From NCBI GenBank assembly GCA_963662285.2, contig CAXXMV010000001.1, forward strand, positions 320,001-384,000: a stretch of DNA of 64,000 nucleotides, in the 5' to 3' direction. The stretch is from a bacterium (GTDB taxonomy: Bacteria; Hinthialibacterota; Hinthialibacteria; Hinthialibacterales; Hinthialibacteraceae). The notes under the pieces are model-generated. The model was not told the DNA's origin and searched no databases. It saw nothing but the letters and a program-made list of their open reading frames with translations. Shown in pieces: positions 1 to 9,903 of the stretch. The position numbers and the translations under genes are program-made. Each line of letters starts with the position of its first letter. Position 1 is the first letter of the stretch.

Positions 1-927
1 TGCATTCCAGGGTAAATCCTGATAATCTTCGTCATTAATCTGCTGATCTTCCGGCAGTTTGCTCCAGGCTTGTGGACGGAGAAAGCGGGTGGTTTCCTCA
101 TGCTCGGCTACTTCTTGAGCAGGACGGAACTGAGCGCCGGCGTGCTGCCGGTCTCCACCAAGTTGTATATCACCGCGCACTGATTTTAAGGTTGAGCGAA
201 AATCGATCAAAATCTGTCCCTGAGGTTGCCGAACGGCGCAAATCCAGCGCGTCTCTTCGATGAAGGGCTTCCCCTCTGTATCGTTCCAATCAATGCGAAC
301 AACATGGCCGCCGACTAACTGTCCGTCGAAAGCCGCTACTATTTCTTTATGGATTGAATGCTCGCCATTATTGGCATGCCAGATATCAAACATCTGATCG
401 CCGACCGATATTTTGTTATAACCAAAGAAGATGCCACGATGATGAGAATACTTGCCGCCAACGCCTTTGGTGATTAATTGAGTTCCACTGGGATCAAATA
501 CATGGTGGAAGGGTTTCTTGGTGTTTTCTTTATCATTGGGATCAAAAGGCGTATGCATGTAGCGCAGCACAGGCTTGTCGCCCAAGAGGAGGTCTTGAGA
601 ATTACCGTCGCTCTTGTTCCATTGAAAAGGCATAAGATTAGTCTCTTTGCCTAATTCAACAACATACTCTTTGATCTGGTGTGCGGGTAAGGGCTGCATG
701 ACCCACCATACTCTAATCCCTCCATTTTGCATTGGTTGAACCTGGGCTGGAAAACGCACGCCATCCACTAGAACGCTGGCTATTTTAGCTTCAGCATTTA
801 ACGTCACTGCTACCACCGCGCCCTCGCGGTCATAATCTCCTGATTCCACCTTAACCTTATAGGTCTCCGCATTACCCAACATAGCGATGCATAGAAAAAC
901 CGTAATTAACAATAAATACTTTTTCAT
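1..927 (-). CDS. Secreted DUF6807/'PmoA family'-like protein (3' end runs off window)
   Basis: Not in ORF track. Hand translation from ATG at 927: MKKYLLLITVFLCIAMLGNA signal peptide, then KPFHHVFDPSG..ITKG..YSHHRGIFFG..DIWH and GGDRQHAGAQFR, open to base 1. Confidence 0.75.
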   Translation of the reverse strand, partial: MKKYLLLITVFLCIAMLGNAETYKVKVESGDYDREGAVVAVTLNAEAKIASVLVDGVRFPAQVQPMQNGGIRVWWVMQPLPAHQIKEYVVELGKETNLMPFQWNKSDGNSQDLLLGDKPVLRYMHTPFDPNDKENTKKPFHHVFDPSGTQLITKGVGGKYSHHRGIFFGYNKISVGDQMFDIWHANNGEHSIHKEIVAAFDGQLVGGHVVRIDWNDTEGKPFIEETRWICAVRQPQGQILIDFRSTLKSVRGDIQLGGDRQHAGAQFRPAQEVAEHEETTRFLRPQAWSKLPEDQQINDEDYQDLPWNA

Positions 928-1197
928 AATACTCAGTCCCCACTTTCGTTAAAATAAAACTTTACCACCCCTTTGTTATAAACTTATGACCGCCATTTAT
1001 CTAGTGAAACGTTATAAATTGCCTGTAAACTATTACAGTGCATTAACCGCATTAATAATAAAAAAACAGAGATTTGACGCTAATCCATATCTTTTTTCAA
1101 GATTATTGTTTTACGCTGAATTTTTCGTGTGTTACTTTATGCTTTACAGACGTTTATATATAAGAGTTATTTCTACATCTTCGGGAGGATTTTTTCC

Positions 1198-3048
1198 ATG
1201 AATATTGGATTTGGATACAGAATCAGATTTATAGTTGGATACACCATTTTGCTGCTTCAAACAAGTTATCCTGCTATTGCTCAAAAACCTCTTTCGGGAA
1301 ACATGGAAGGTTCTCTTGCTTACCTGGATAAAGACAAGAATAGTATTGAACTTAAAGTTCCTCAAGACCAGACATTTGAATCTATAATCAAGAAGCGCTG
1401 GCCATCTGAATCCATCATCACAGAATCACCAACCGAAACGCCCATTGAGTCTCCAGATGTGATGCTTCCCTTGCAAGGCAACTGGAATTGGGATGGCAGC
1501 CAATTGCGCCAACTAAATACCACTTATAATTCAACATACATGATCTTTGAACCGGTAGTTAACTATGGCCATATCAAACTGAAAACTAGATTGATAGAAG
1601 GTGATGAGGGCGCAAGAATCATCTTTGGATACCAATCCAAGGACCAATTTTTTAATGAAATTAGAATCGGGTATAACAGCAACAAGGCCATCACCATAAC
1701 AAAAAATTATGTAAATGGTAATGAAAACCTGGAAGATGTTATTGTAATTAAGCAATTCAATATTAAAAAAGGCCAATGGTATAACATCCAAGTCAGTATT
1801 GACGGAACTCAAGGCGCCGTACGTTGTGATATCAATGGCAATACCATAATAGAATACAAAATAGCCGAACCGTTTGCAGGACGTTTTGGAGTGGGTACTA
1901 CATATTCTTCGGCGGATTTTTCTAATATTAGTATTTTCAAATCAAACCTGGCATCCCCTGCTACTGGTAAGGAAATCAGGAATAATCCGACCGCAACATT
2001 AATCCAGAACCAGCCGCCAAAACCCAAAAAAACTTTCTCATATATCAAACAACGCTTTGAAGATATCGGCTTTGATGCTCAATGGGATGAAAACACCAAC
2101 CGGGGTTTTCTGGTTAACGCCGTGACCTGGAATTCTTCTGCATCAAAATCTGGTCTTCGGAGCGATGATCTTATTGTTTCAATCAAAAATACCAAGTTTG
2201 GAAAAGAAGTAGAATCCACTGAAAATAAAGAATTTGCTCAAAAGGCAATTTATGGATTAGGTGATTTACCCTGGCAAATAACGATTGAACGGGCAGGCAA
2301 CGAAGAACCGATTGGACTGATTCTTCAGCCCCTTAATCAAATATCTCAATTTCAACCTACTAATATCAGGCAATCATTTAATACCATCCAAAACATGCCA
2401 CGGTCGTTAATGATAAATCAACCGGCTGCTCAGGCGGTAACTGCCAATAACCTTAAGGATGATAAATTATTAAATGATAAAAATTGGCCTGATACGCCGC
2501 TTGAGAAACATATCAAAGTTGATGAATCGTGTAATACTATAGCCTTTCGGGGAAATTGGGATATAAATGGCGCCACTATCCACCAAACGCAATTAGACGC
2601 TGCTCCAGCTACGCTTATTTTTGAACCGATTATTGAGCCAATCGGCGAAATCCGCTTAAAAGCCCGCGTCATCAAAGGAAATGAAGGCATTCGCATTATA
2701 TTTGCTTACGCAGCATCCAATCAGTATCTGGTCTGGAATATTGGCGGTTGGGAAAATAAGAAAATGTTGGTTGAGAAGTGGTTCGGTCTTGATCAGACCG
2801 ACCAACATGTTGATCTAACCGTATGGCAGGATTTAATCCTCGAACACAATAAATGGCATGATATCCGTCTGGTGATTGACGCCGGGAAAAGTATTGTTAA
2901 AGGATATCTGAATGGCAAAAGAGAATTGCTCATGACTACCAACGAGCCGCTTTCCGGCAGGATTGGACTGGGAACATGGAACACCGAAGTTGAATACAAA
3001 GACATACACATAATCGGCGGCAAGGATTTTGTGGATGCAGTCAAGTAG
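1198..3048 (+). CDS. Secreted protein with two ConA/DUF1080-like beta-sandwich domains flanking a PDZ-like domain
   Basis: GGAGGA RBS before ATG 1198; signal peptide; internal duplication (GNWNW...GRFGVGT / GNWDI...GRIGLGTWNT); SSASKSGLRSDDLIVSI is PDZ-like. Confidence 0.65.
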   Translation: MNIGFGYRIRFIVGYTILLLQTSYPAIAQKPLSGNMEGSLAYLDKDKNSIELKVPQDQTFESIIKKRWPSESIITESPTETPIESPDVMLPLQGNWNWDGSQLRQLNTTYNSTYMIFEPVVNYGHIKLKTRLIEGDEGARIIFGYQSKDQFFNEIRIGYNSNKAITITKNYVNGNENLEDVIVIKQFNIKKGQWYNIQVSIDGTQGAVRCDINGNTIIEYKIAEPFAGRFGVGTTYSSADFSNISIFKSNLASPATGKEIRNNPTATLIQNQPPKPKKTFSYIKQRFEDIGFDAQWDENTNRGFLVNAVTWNSSASKSGLRSDDLIVSIKNTKFGKEVESTENKEFAQKAIYGLGDLPWQITIERAGNEEPIGLILQPLNQISQFQPTNIRQSFNTIQNMPRSLMINQPAAQAVTANNLKDDKLLNDKNWPDTPLEKHIKVDESCNTIAFRGNWDINGATIHQTQLDAAPATLIFEPIIEPIGEIRLKARVIKGNEGIRIIFAYAASNQYLVWNIGGWENKKMLVEKWFGLDQTDQHVDLTVWQDLILEHNKWHDIRLVIDAGKSIVKGYLNGKRELLMTTNEPLSGRIGLGTWNTEVEYKDIHIIGGKDFVDAVK

Positions 3049-3055
3049 TTAAATC

Positions 3056-3082
3056 GGGTGGACTAAAACGCTTAGCCCACCC
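3056..3082. repeat. REP-like hairpin / bidirectional terminator between convergent genes
   Basis: GGGTGGACTAA-aacgc-TTAGCCCACCC; shares GTGGACTAA..AGCCCACC with 5715-5749. Confidence 0.55.
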
Positions 3083-3107
3083 AAATAAGTTCTTCGAACA
3101 TCAAGCC

Positions 3108-3896
3108 TTATTTATTTGGTTGGTAACTTAAAGAAGCGTCGTAATGCAATCTAAGGATTCTAATATCTTTTATAAATTCACTACTTTTTTTACGCAAATC
3201 AATAGCTGCTTGTCCTAGGATTTCTTTTGTTTTCTCAGAATCTTTTCTATGGTCTGCTTCAGTTGCTGCAATGGAGGCAATCCAGAAACTGGGAAGATTG
3301 GCCCCGATTCTGGTTTCACCGAAAGTCACTGCCTGGGTTATCTTGTTTTCTTTCAGCAGGTCGCTATATCCTTTAAGAATGTCCATGAAACCTTGTCTTG
3401 CGCCAGGATAAAGATGGAATTCCCAAACTTCACAATAACAAGATTTGGCTGGATCCCATTGATATCCGCCATTTTCTGGTAAATGCCAAAGATCGGTTAG
3501 TAGAGGACCGATGGATTTGGTTCTGGATTCTACGCATTGATCAATCTTTTTCATGACGGAGATAAGTTTATCCCCTGCTTTTGCTTGCACTTTTTTGTAT
3601 TCTTCGGCGATTTTGTCTAACTCAGCCATAGAATCCAGTGATATGCAATACGAGAATTTATCCATTTCCTGGTATGCTTCCCAACCATAGGGAAATTCAC
3701 ATTCAGCCATGATATCTTTATATTCCTTCACTGCTTCGATATATTCAGGGATTTTTACTAACTTCACATCCACTTCTGTATAAAACTCAAACTTTGCCAA
3801 TGGCGCTTCTTCCGCCGCATTCGCAAATCCTCCCGCCTGGAAACAAACGGCGGCCAGTAACAACATGAGTAATACTTGTGATCTGGTTCTCATCAT
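3108..3896 (-). CDS. Secreted hypothetical protein, possibly two NIPSNAP-like alpha/beta repeats
   Basis: 262-aa ORF; AAGGAG RBS; signal peptide ending ANA-A; two similar halves (EVDVKLVKIPEY / EFHLYPGARQGF). Confidence 0.6.
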   Translation of the reverse strand: MMRTRSQVLLMLLLAAVCFQAGGFANAAEEAPLAKFEFYTEVDVKLVKIPEYIEAVKEYKDIMAECEFPYGWEAYQEMDKFSYCISLDSMAELDKIAEEYKKVQAKAGDKLISVMKKIDQCVESRTKSIGPLLTDLWHLPENGGYQWDPAKSCYCEVWEFHLYPGARQGFMDILKGYSDLLKENKITQAVTFGETRIGANLPSFWIASIAATEADHRKDSEKTKEILGQAAIDLRKKSSEFIKDIRILRLHYDASLSYQPNK

Positions 3897-4078
3897 GTTC
3901 TCCTTTGCGGTGAATAAATTTTAAGTCATCACGATATCCAATCTTCTATAGATTGGACATTGGACATGGGCGATATTACGAATGGAAAATAACATAGTGT
4001 TGGTAAGAGTGAAGGGTGGGTTATGTTTTTGAAGCGTTTAACCAATACCTAAATGTATTATAAAGTGAGCAAAAACGT

Positions 4079-4128
4079 ATTAATACATAAGCCCGCCTTT
4101 TAAGAGATAGACGGGCTTATGTATTAAT
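4079..4128 (-). terminator. Intrinsic terminator-like hairpin
   Basis: 17-bp inverted repeat ATTAATACATAAGCCCG...CGGGCTTATGTATTAAT just downstream of the M23 gene. Confidence 0.7.
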
Positions 4129-4157
4129 TCAACTAATCTCAAATTCATTAATAACCA

Positions 4158-5600
4158 TTACTTGTCTTCGACGATAACCTTAACTCTACCCGTCGATACG
4201 ATGCCTTTTTCTGAGGTTCTTTTAGCGGTGACAATATACGTGCCCGCTTTTTTGTAATGATGAGAGATTGTGGCGTAATCATTGAGCGAGCAGGTTTCGC
4301 CGCTGGCGCCATCTCCGAAATCCCAGGTCTCTTTTCCGCCCTTTGATCCGAAGGTGCGCACTTTGAAAAAAACCTCATCGTTTGGGTGTATGTTCCAGGT
4401 TGGATAATAGGATACGTGGGTTGAGGGGACTAAATAGCCCTTATTTTCAGTGGGAAAGACATGAACTACTGCGAAATCTATATCTTCCTGTCCACGATTA
4501 TCTTTGATGCGCAAAATTTCTGAATAGGCGCCGGGCTCATCATAGACTCGCTTCACCTTCACACCGCTGGCAGTTGATCCATCGTCAAATTGCCATTCAT
4601 ACGTGGTGATTTCTCCACCATCGCAGATAGAGTTGGAAGCATCGAGTTCAACCGCTTGTCCGGTTAAAGCAATTTTGTGAGGACGCGCAACCGCCAGCAA
4701 TACACCGGGGTGCTCTTGCAAGTAGGCTTCCACTACGAAGGCATACGCTTCGACGCTGCCTCCATCCTGATCCATGATGCCGAAATGGAGATGCGACCAC
4801 CCGCCCGACGCGCCTTCTTTGCCCAATTGACCGATCCAGTCGCCTTTTTTGACTTTACCACCCGGCTTTATATGGGGCAGGATGGCTGATAGATGAGAAT
4901 AGCGATAATGCCATCCCCGGCAATCACGTATATAAATCACATCATAACGCGGACTTATGATGGATTTAGATTTTTCTGTTATATCAGGGGAAAGTTCATT
5001 GCCAACCGACAAAATGTCTCCATCGGTTGCCGCCAGAATAGGAGTTAACAGATCATAGCCGCCGAAATCCAAACCGTAGTGATAGTAGATCCCTTTTTGA
5101 ATATTATTATCGCAGGCATTAACGTAGCATGGATCATTTGCCATCTGCGTATCGCTGGCGAACAAGCGCTGCCGGATGGGATATCCAAAGGTTCCAGGTT
5201 GCAACAGAGGCTGGTTTGCATTCCATAAACGCAAACGCACATCCGCCTTATCCGAAAGATTCCAGACATTATCTTTGGATGATTTATCTACATATCCTTT
5301 AGTCACGGCAATATCCATTTTTACATGGTTAACTATGCGGGGAAGATTATAGAGCGCTGAAGGTAAAACGGCCTTAACGCCATCCACCTCCACTGTAATT
5401 TTTGAATCCCGTACAGCATTGCGGATCGAATCCCTGGTCTCTTCAACATTGATTACCCGGATCGTTTTGCTGGTTCCATCTCCACAATCAAAAACATACG
5501 ATTCACCTACAGCCAAATCCACCGAAATTGGTTGAGACCACCCAGGTGATATGCTTGCAGCCATCAGACAAATAATAAAGATTCCCCATCGTTTCATCAT
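4158..5600 (-). CDS. Secreted M23-family metallopeptidase with two C-terminal PKD domains
   Basis: HYGLD (HxxxD), YSHL and HLHF motifs; YEWQFDDG and TWDFGDG PKD signatures; signal peptide. Confidence 0.85.
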   Translation of the reverse strand: MMKRWGIFIICLMAASISPGWSQPISVDLAVGESYVFDCGDGTSKTIRVINVEETRDSIRNAVRDSKITVEVDGVKAVLPSALYNLPRIVNHVKMDIAVTKGYVDKSSKDNVWNLSDKADVRLRLWNANQPLLQPGTFGYPIRQRLFASDTQMANDPCYVNACDNNIQKGIYYHYGLDFGGYDLLTPILAATDGDILSVGNELSPDITEKSKSIISPRYDVIYIRDCRGWHYRYSHLSAILPHIKPGGKVKKGDWIGQLGKEGASGGWSHLHFGIMDQDGGSVEAYAFVVEAYLQEHPGVLLAVARPHKIALTGQAVELDASNSICDGGEITTYEWQFDDGSTASGVKVKRVYDEPGAYSEILRIKDNRGQEDIDFAVVHVFPTENKGYLVPSTHVSYYPTWNIHPNDEVFFKVRTFGSKGGKETWDFGDGASGETCSLNDYATISHHYKKAGTYIVTAKRTSEKGIVSTGRVKVIVEDK

Positions 5601-5658
5601 AACGCCCTCGCTATCTGCTTTGTAATGAAAATATGATTACTCTGTTTTAGATTAGCAT

Positions 5659-5700
5659 AAAAATAAAAAGCCCACCGATTAAAATAACCGACGGGCTTTG
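5659..5700 (-). terminator. Intrinsic terminator
   Basis: Minus strand AAAGCCCGTCGG...TCGGTGGGCTTTTTATTTTT. Confidence 0.65.
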
Positions 5701-5714
5701 TTTACATTATCAAA

Positions 5715-5749
5715 GTAGAGTGGACTAAGAGCAAAGCGCAGCCCACCAT
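5715..5749 (+). repeat. GTAG-type REP-like element
   Basis: GTAG followed by imperfect palindrome GTGGACT...AGCCCAC. Confidence 0.55.
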
Positions 5750-5757
5750 TTATTCTA

Positions 5758-7371
5758 TCAGTCCGCTCCGGTAATGGCTTGAGCTGACGTGGCAACACTG
5801 AAATGCTGAATAGTCACATCACGGAAATTCGTGTGCTGACTGGCCGGAACCGCTTCAGCGCCAACTACGAAGTTCTTGATCGGCGACTGCTGAGGAAGAA
5901 ACATAGGTGAAATCTCAACAGACCTGAAGATCATCGAATAAAGCGTAACATGCTGACCATGGTTGCCTTTTTTGCTGACATCGTAGGTTTTTGCTGAACC
6001 AGCTGCATGAACCGTTCCGAAAGCATCCAGCACAAGATAACCAACCGGGATAGTGTTTTTCTTTATCCCAAGATCTTCATTGGCATCATTAGGCACTAAA
6101 GCCAGATCAACAGCAGCGGGGAATCCGAAATATGGCGTTGATTGAATTGCTGCAACCAACTTACCGTTAACTTCTCTCGGTGGGAACTGAAGACCCCTTG
6201 CGTCGCCAACTGAATGAACCGCGCCGTAGGAATCCAGCAGGTAGAAACCTTTTCCACTGGGAGTGATCTCAAGATCAACCGCAAAATCGCCGCCAAAGTA
6301 TGGCAGGTTTTGTCGATCAGCATACCAGGGAACAGCAAGAACGGCGTTATTGATAGGCTCGCCGAACAATGGATTCTTCTCACCATTAATATCCAGCACA
6401 TCCTGCTCGTAATTGATCTTGCCATCGTTGTTTACGTCAAAGTCCAAAGGCAAACGGCAGGAGTGAACAGCGCCAAAGCCATCAAGGATATAATAACCAT
6501 TAGTCATGGCGATGATGCGATTGTCAATGCCGCCCGGAACAGTCTGGGAAGGCATCGTCATTTCGGTGTATTCAACCGAAATTTCCAGGTCACGCGCAAT
6601 ATCAGAGCCGAATCCGAAATAGGTGAATACCGGCGTAACGCTATCAATCACATCTTCTGGCGACGCAAATGGAAGATTTACTGGGTAAGAGACCGGTCCT
6701 TTGTTCAATACATCGCTTGGAGACAAAGTAGATCCGCTTATGTCGAGAGTCTCAGGGTATAGCGTATATCGATATGTGGCGTCAGCAATATCATCTGAAC
6801 CGGAAGCCATATAAACATATTGCGGCAGGTTCGTATCACCGACAGCGTGAACCACGCCATCCGCATCCAATATAAAATAACCTCTGAAACCATTGGTCAC
6901 ATCGCGCCAGTCCGGTGCAATTTCGATATCTTCTGCTACATCGAATCCCCAATAAGGCGGGATAGATAACTTTGCCGTAGGAGCGAAAGCGCCGATTCCA
7001 TCTGGACGAGGCTCCGGAATCCGCGGTGAATCAGCAGCTGTGACATAATCAGCGATGTTCAATGCGAATTGACCGCCGTTTATATCAAGCACATAAGCTC
7101 CCATCAGAGCACCTTGAGGATCACCGACAAACTCTACATCTTTTACGATTGGAATCATAAAATTGAACTGTTGAGATGTCGCTTTCAACTCATCAAACAG
7201 AAACGGACCAATGTTGCTATCGTTTAATGGAGCGCTGAAGGCTCTCCCGATCGCATCCATTATAAAAATTCCGTCTTGATTAGCGGTTGTCATTTGCAAT
7301 TGGGAAAATGAAACATTCACCATTCCCACTGAAAGCACACAGATGCCAAGCAGCAGCCTCTTAAGGGCCAT
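5758..7371 (-). CDS. Secreted/surface repeat protein (about 6 GYYxLDxxGxVH / PYFGFDxAxDxE repeats, probable beta-propeller)
   Basis: AAGGAGG RBS before ATG 7371 (MALKRLLLG signal peptide); repeated motifs; DVNNDGKIN Ca-binding-like loop. Confidence 0.7.
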   Translation of the reverse strand: MALKRLLLGICVLSVGMVNVSFSQLQMTTANQDGIFIMDAIGRAFSAPLNDSNIGPFLFDELKATSQQFNFMIPIVKDVEFVGDPQGALMGAYVLDINGGQFALNIADYVTAADSPRIPEPRPDGIGAFAPTAKLSIPPYWGFDVAEDIEIAPDWRDVTNGFRGYFILDADGVVHAVGDTNLPQYVYMASGSDDIADATYRYTLYPETLDISGSTLSPSDVLNKGPVSYPVNLPFASPEDVIDSVTPVFTYFGFGSDIARDLEISVEYTEMTMPSQTVPGGIDNRIIAMTNGYYILDGFGAVHSCRLPLDFDVNNDGKINYEQDVLDINGEKNPLFGEPINNAVLAVPWYADRQNLPYFGGDFAVDLEITPSGKGFYLLDSYGAVHSVGDARGLQFPPREVNGKLVAAIQSTPYFGFPAAVDLALVPNDANEDLGIKKNTIPVGYLVLDAFGTVHAAGSAKTYDVSKKGNHGQHVTLYSMIFRSVEISPMFLPQQSPIKNFVVGAEAVPASQHTNFRDVTIQHFSVATSAQAITGAD

Positions 7372-7595
7372 TTCGACCTCCTTGGAGCTCGTTGTTTTTC
7401 TAAGTCCCTCACTATCCCGTTCGCAACAAAGGAGAGCGACGGGCACGACTCCTAGCATAATTTATAGATAAGGTATATCAAAACACCTTTATCTCGTAAA
7501 ACAAACAAAAAAAGGACTTGAGGATAATAACATTACCGTTCTTTCGCTGAAAAACGTCTGTCAAAGCGATCTACGCCTAAATTCAAGTCTTCAGC

Positions 7596-7624
7596 AGTAT
7601 ATGAAGAACGATTCTTGGTGTCAA
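7596..7624 (-). promoter_or_regulatory. Near-consensus sigma70 promoter for the 5758-7371 gene
   Basis: Minus strand TTGACA-17 nt-TATACT. Confidence 0.7.
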
Positions 7625-8449
7625 GAGAAAATTCACTCAAGTACTACAAAAAACAGAATATGCGTTGATTGTTGTGTTGAGTAGGGTTGTAGCCCAGAAC
7701 TACTCTTTCCACTCCCAACCAGGTTATTATATTACAGTTAAGAATACATCCCTGGACAGGATCAACAAATAACTCAATTATCCCCAGATTAAAACTTTCA
7801 AAATATATGCATATTTATATCTCATATATTTATAGTTATAACCTATTTTCTAATAAAAATCAGGGGTTAAGCTTAAAAAAATGTTTAAAATTAATCATCG
7901 GCCTATTTGTGCAAATATTTAGAGACGAGGCTCTGCAATATTGAAAAAAGCCATTATGCTCTAATTTTCTCGTAATAATTGGAATAATCACCGGAAAACA
8001 CCCTGAAAAATAGTTATGTTCAATAACTTAACGAGATAATAAATAAGTTGATTATTAAATAAAAAAATATGATGTATCGGTATTCCGAATCATAATATCA
8101 AAAATTTTTTATATTATTTTTGATATTTTAGAAACAAAACGTCAAATAAATCGTACATCTAAGTATAGGATTCTTATTTTGATTAATTTTATGAGTCGAC
8201 AAAAAGTGGACGGAAGACGAAACTCACGCAATATCTTAATGATCTTAATGCATCACTCTTGAAAACTTACCATTTATTGTAGTCATGAAAACCGTTTTAG
8301 ACTTTTCCCGTTTCGTCTTATTTTCACTTATTTTTATTTATTGCTGAGCAATTCCCTTTAAGACCAATAATCTGATTTATGTAAAATCCAATAAGTAGTT
8401 GACTAAGTATGAATTATCTAGAGCGGTTCTTTAAATAATATTCGTTTAT

Positions 8450-8480
8450 AATCACGGTTTGCCTTCAAAAATCACGGTTT
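8450..8480. promoter_or_regulatory. Direct repeat, candidate transcription factor site
   Basis: AATCACGGTTT twice with 20-bp periodicity upstream of the ECF gene. Confidence 0.4.
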
Positions 8481-8601
8481 TCTAGCTTTTTGAATCGCAT
8501 ATATGAACGTTTTCATGCGAATCTCTCTAATAATAATATTTAATATTAATAAGATTTTAAACCATACTCTATATAATTTGTAAAAAAAATGTTAAATACT
8601 C

Positions 8602-8629
8602 TGAATAAACAATGTTTACCGGTCGTCGA
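8602..8629 (+). promoter_or_regulatory. Putative autoregulatory ECF-type promoter
   Basis: TGAATA-16 nt-CGTCGA just upstream of the ECF sigma start at 8652. Confidence 0.5.
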
Positions 8630-8651
8630 ACAAGCCAGGAAAGATATTAAA

Positions 8652-9218
8652 ATGGAAGAGCGGGAGTTGATCCAACGGGCGCAAGATGGCGATCAGGAAG
8701 CATTTTCCGTTTTGGCGCGGAGGCATCGAGATCCACTCATTCAGGTCGCTTATGGATATCTTCATGACAAAGATGAATCCCTGGATGCTGCGCAAGAGGT
8801 TTTTCTGAAAGCTTACCGGAAAATCTGCACATTTAAAAATGAGGCTTCTTTGTATACCTGGCTGTATCGGATTATGGTCAATCACTGTAAAGACCGCTTA
8901 AGGCGACGTAAAAGAACTTCGGCTATAAGTATGGATACTCACAACGAAGATGGTTGGGCCTTTCAAATACCAGACAATACTCCCGACCCTGCTAAAAACG
9001 CCCAACAGGTTGAACAGGAAAAAATTGTAAGAGAAGCGATTGACGCATTACCCGAAAAACACAAAAAGGTGCTTATTTTAAGAGAGTTAGGCGGATTAAC
9101 CTATAAAGAAATTTCTGAAACATTGAATTGTAGAGAAGGAACTGTTATGTCCCGTTTGTTTCATGCCCGACGATTACTGGCAATAGAATTGGGCCAATTT
9201 GTTGAAGAACTACTATAA
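8652..9218 (+). CDS. ECF RNA polymerase sigma factor (RpoE/SigW-like)
   Basis: DAAQEVFLKAY, LYTWLYRIMVNHCKD, region 4 LTYKEISETLNCREGTVMSRLFHAR. Confidence 0.95.
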   Translation: MEERELIQRAQDGDQEAFSVLARRHRDPLIQVAYGYLHDKDESLDAAQEVFLKAYRKICTFKNEASLYTWLYRIMVNHCKDRLRRRKRTSAISMDTHNEDGWAFQIPDNTPDPAKNAQQVEQEKIVREAIDALPEKHKKVLILRELGGLTYKEISETLNCREGTVMSRLFHARRLLAIELGQFVEELL

Positions 9219-9315
9219 TATAAAAATATAAGAATATTCTGAAGAAGATAATCTGCCGGGTTTGATTTTTCAGTTTATTTTTAATATATTTTTAACGTAT
9301 TTCCTGGGTGAACTT

Positions 9316-9897
9316 ATGAAAGACAGTAATCCGGCGCGTATTGATGAGATCATGCTATCCCGCTATCTGGATGGTGAAGTATTGCCTGAAGAGCGTGACA
9401 TGATTGAAGAAGTCCTGAATCAATCCGAAGAATCGCTTGATGCATTCCAGCGGCTTCAATCAGTATCATCCTTAGTGCGCCAATCGATGCATATTGAAAT
9501 TACTCCGGAAGAGCAAGCCTCTTTCGATGCAGAATTGACCCGTCGCCTGGAACCAACGACTTGGGATGAGCCGCTCTGTTCTTCATTATTCGCTCCATTT
9601 AAGTATTTGCGTCAACTCTCCTGGCAATGGCAGGCCGCTATGGCTATTTCCCTGTTCCTGATTTGCTATATTCCCTTCCTCGCCCAATTTTCTATTGATT
9701 CCGGCGCGAATATGGATATGCTGCTCAATTCAGATTACTCTAATCCCCAACTTTTCTTCGATCCCGATCCGGAAGCAAATTTCGATTGCATTTGGATGAT
9801 TACTGATGAAAAAGATGAAAATAATGAAAATAATAAAGAAATAAAAATCAAAGAAGACGATTCTCCATTAGGCTTCGTTTTCTCTTATAAAGCGTGA
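9316..9897 (+). CDS. Membrane anti-sigma factor (RseA/zf-HC2-like N-terminus without Cys/His ligands)
   Basis: LSRYLDGEV motif; single TM helix; directly downstream of ECF sigma. Confidence 0.75.
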   Translation: MKDSNPARIDEIMLSRYLDGEVLPEERDMIEEVLNQSEESLDAFQRLQSVSSLVRQSMHIEITPEEQASFDAELTRRLEPTTWDEPLCSSLFAPFKYLRQLSWQWQAAMAISLFLICYIPFLAQFSIDSGANMDMLLNSDYSNPQLFFDPDPEANFDCIWMITDEKDENNENNKEIKIKEDDSPLGFVFSYKA

Positions 9898-9903
9898 CGG
9901 GCA

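Noticed and set aside
72-263. 63-aa plus-strand ORF
   Set aside because: Shadow of the longer minus-strand gene at 1-927
1-927. Methane monooxygenase interpretation of the 'PmoA family' label
   Set aside because: Soluble secreted protein with no pmoCAB context; the family name is misleading
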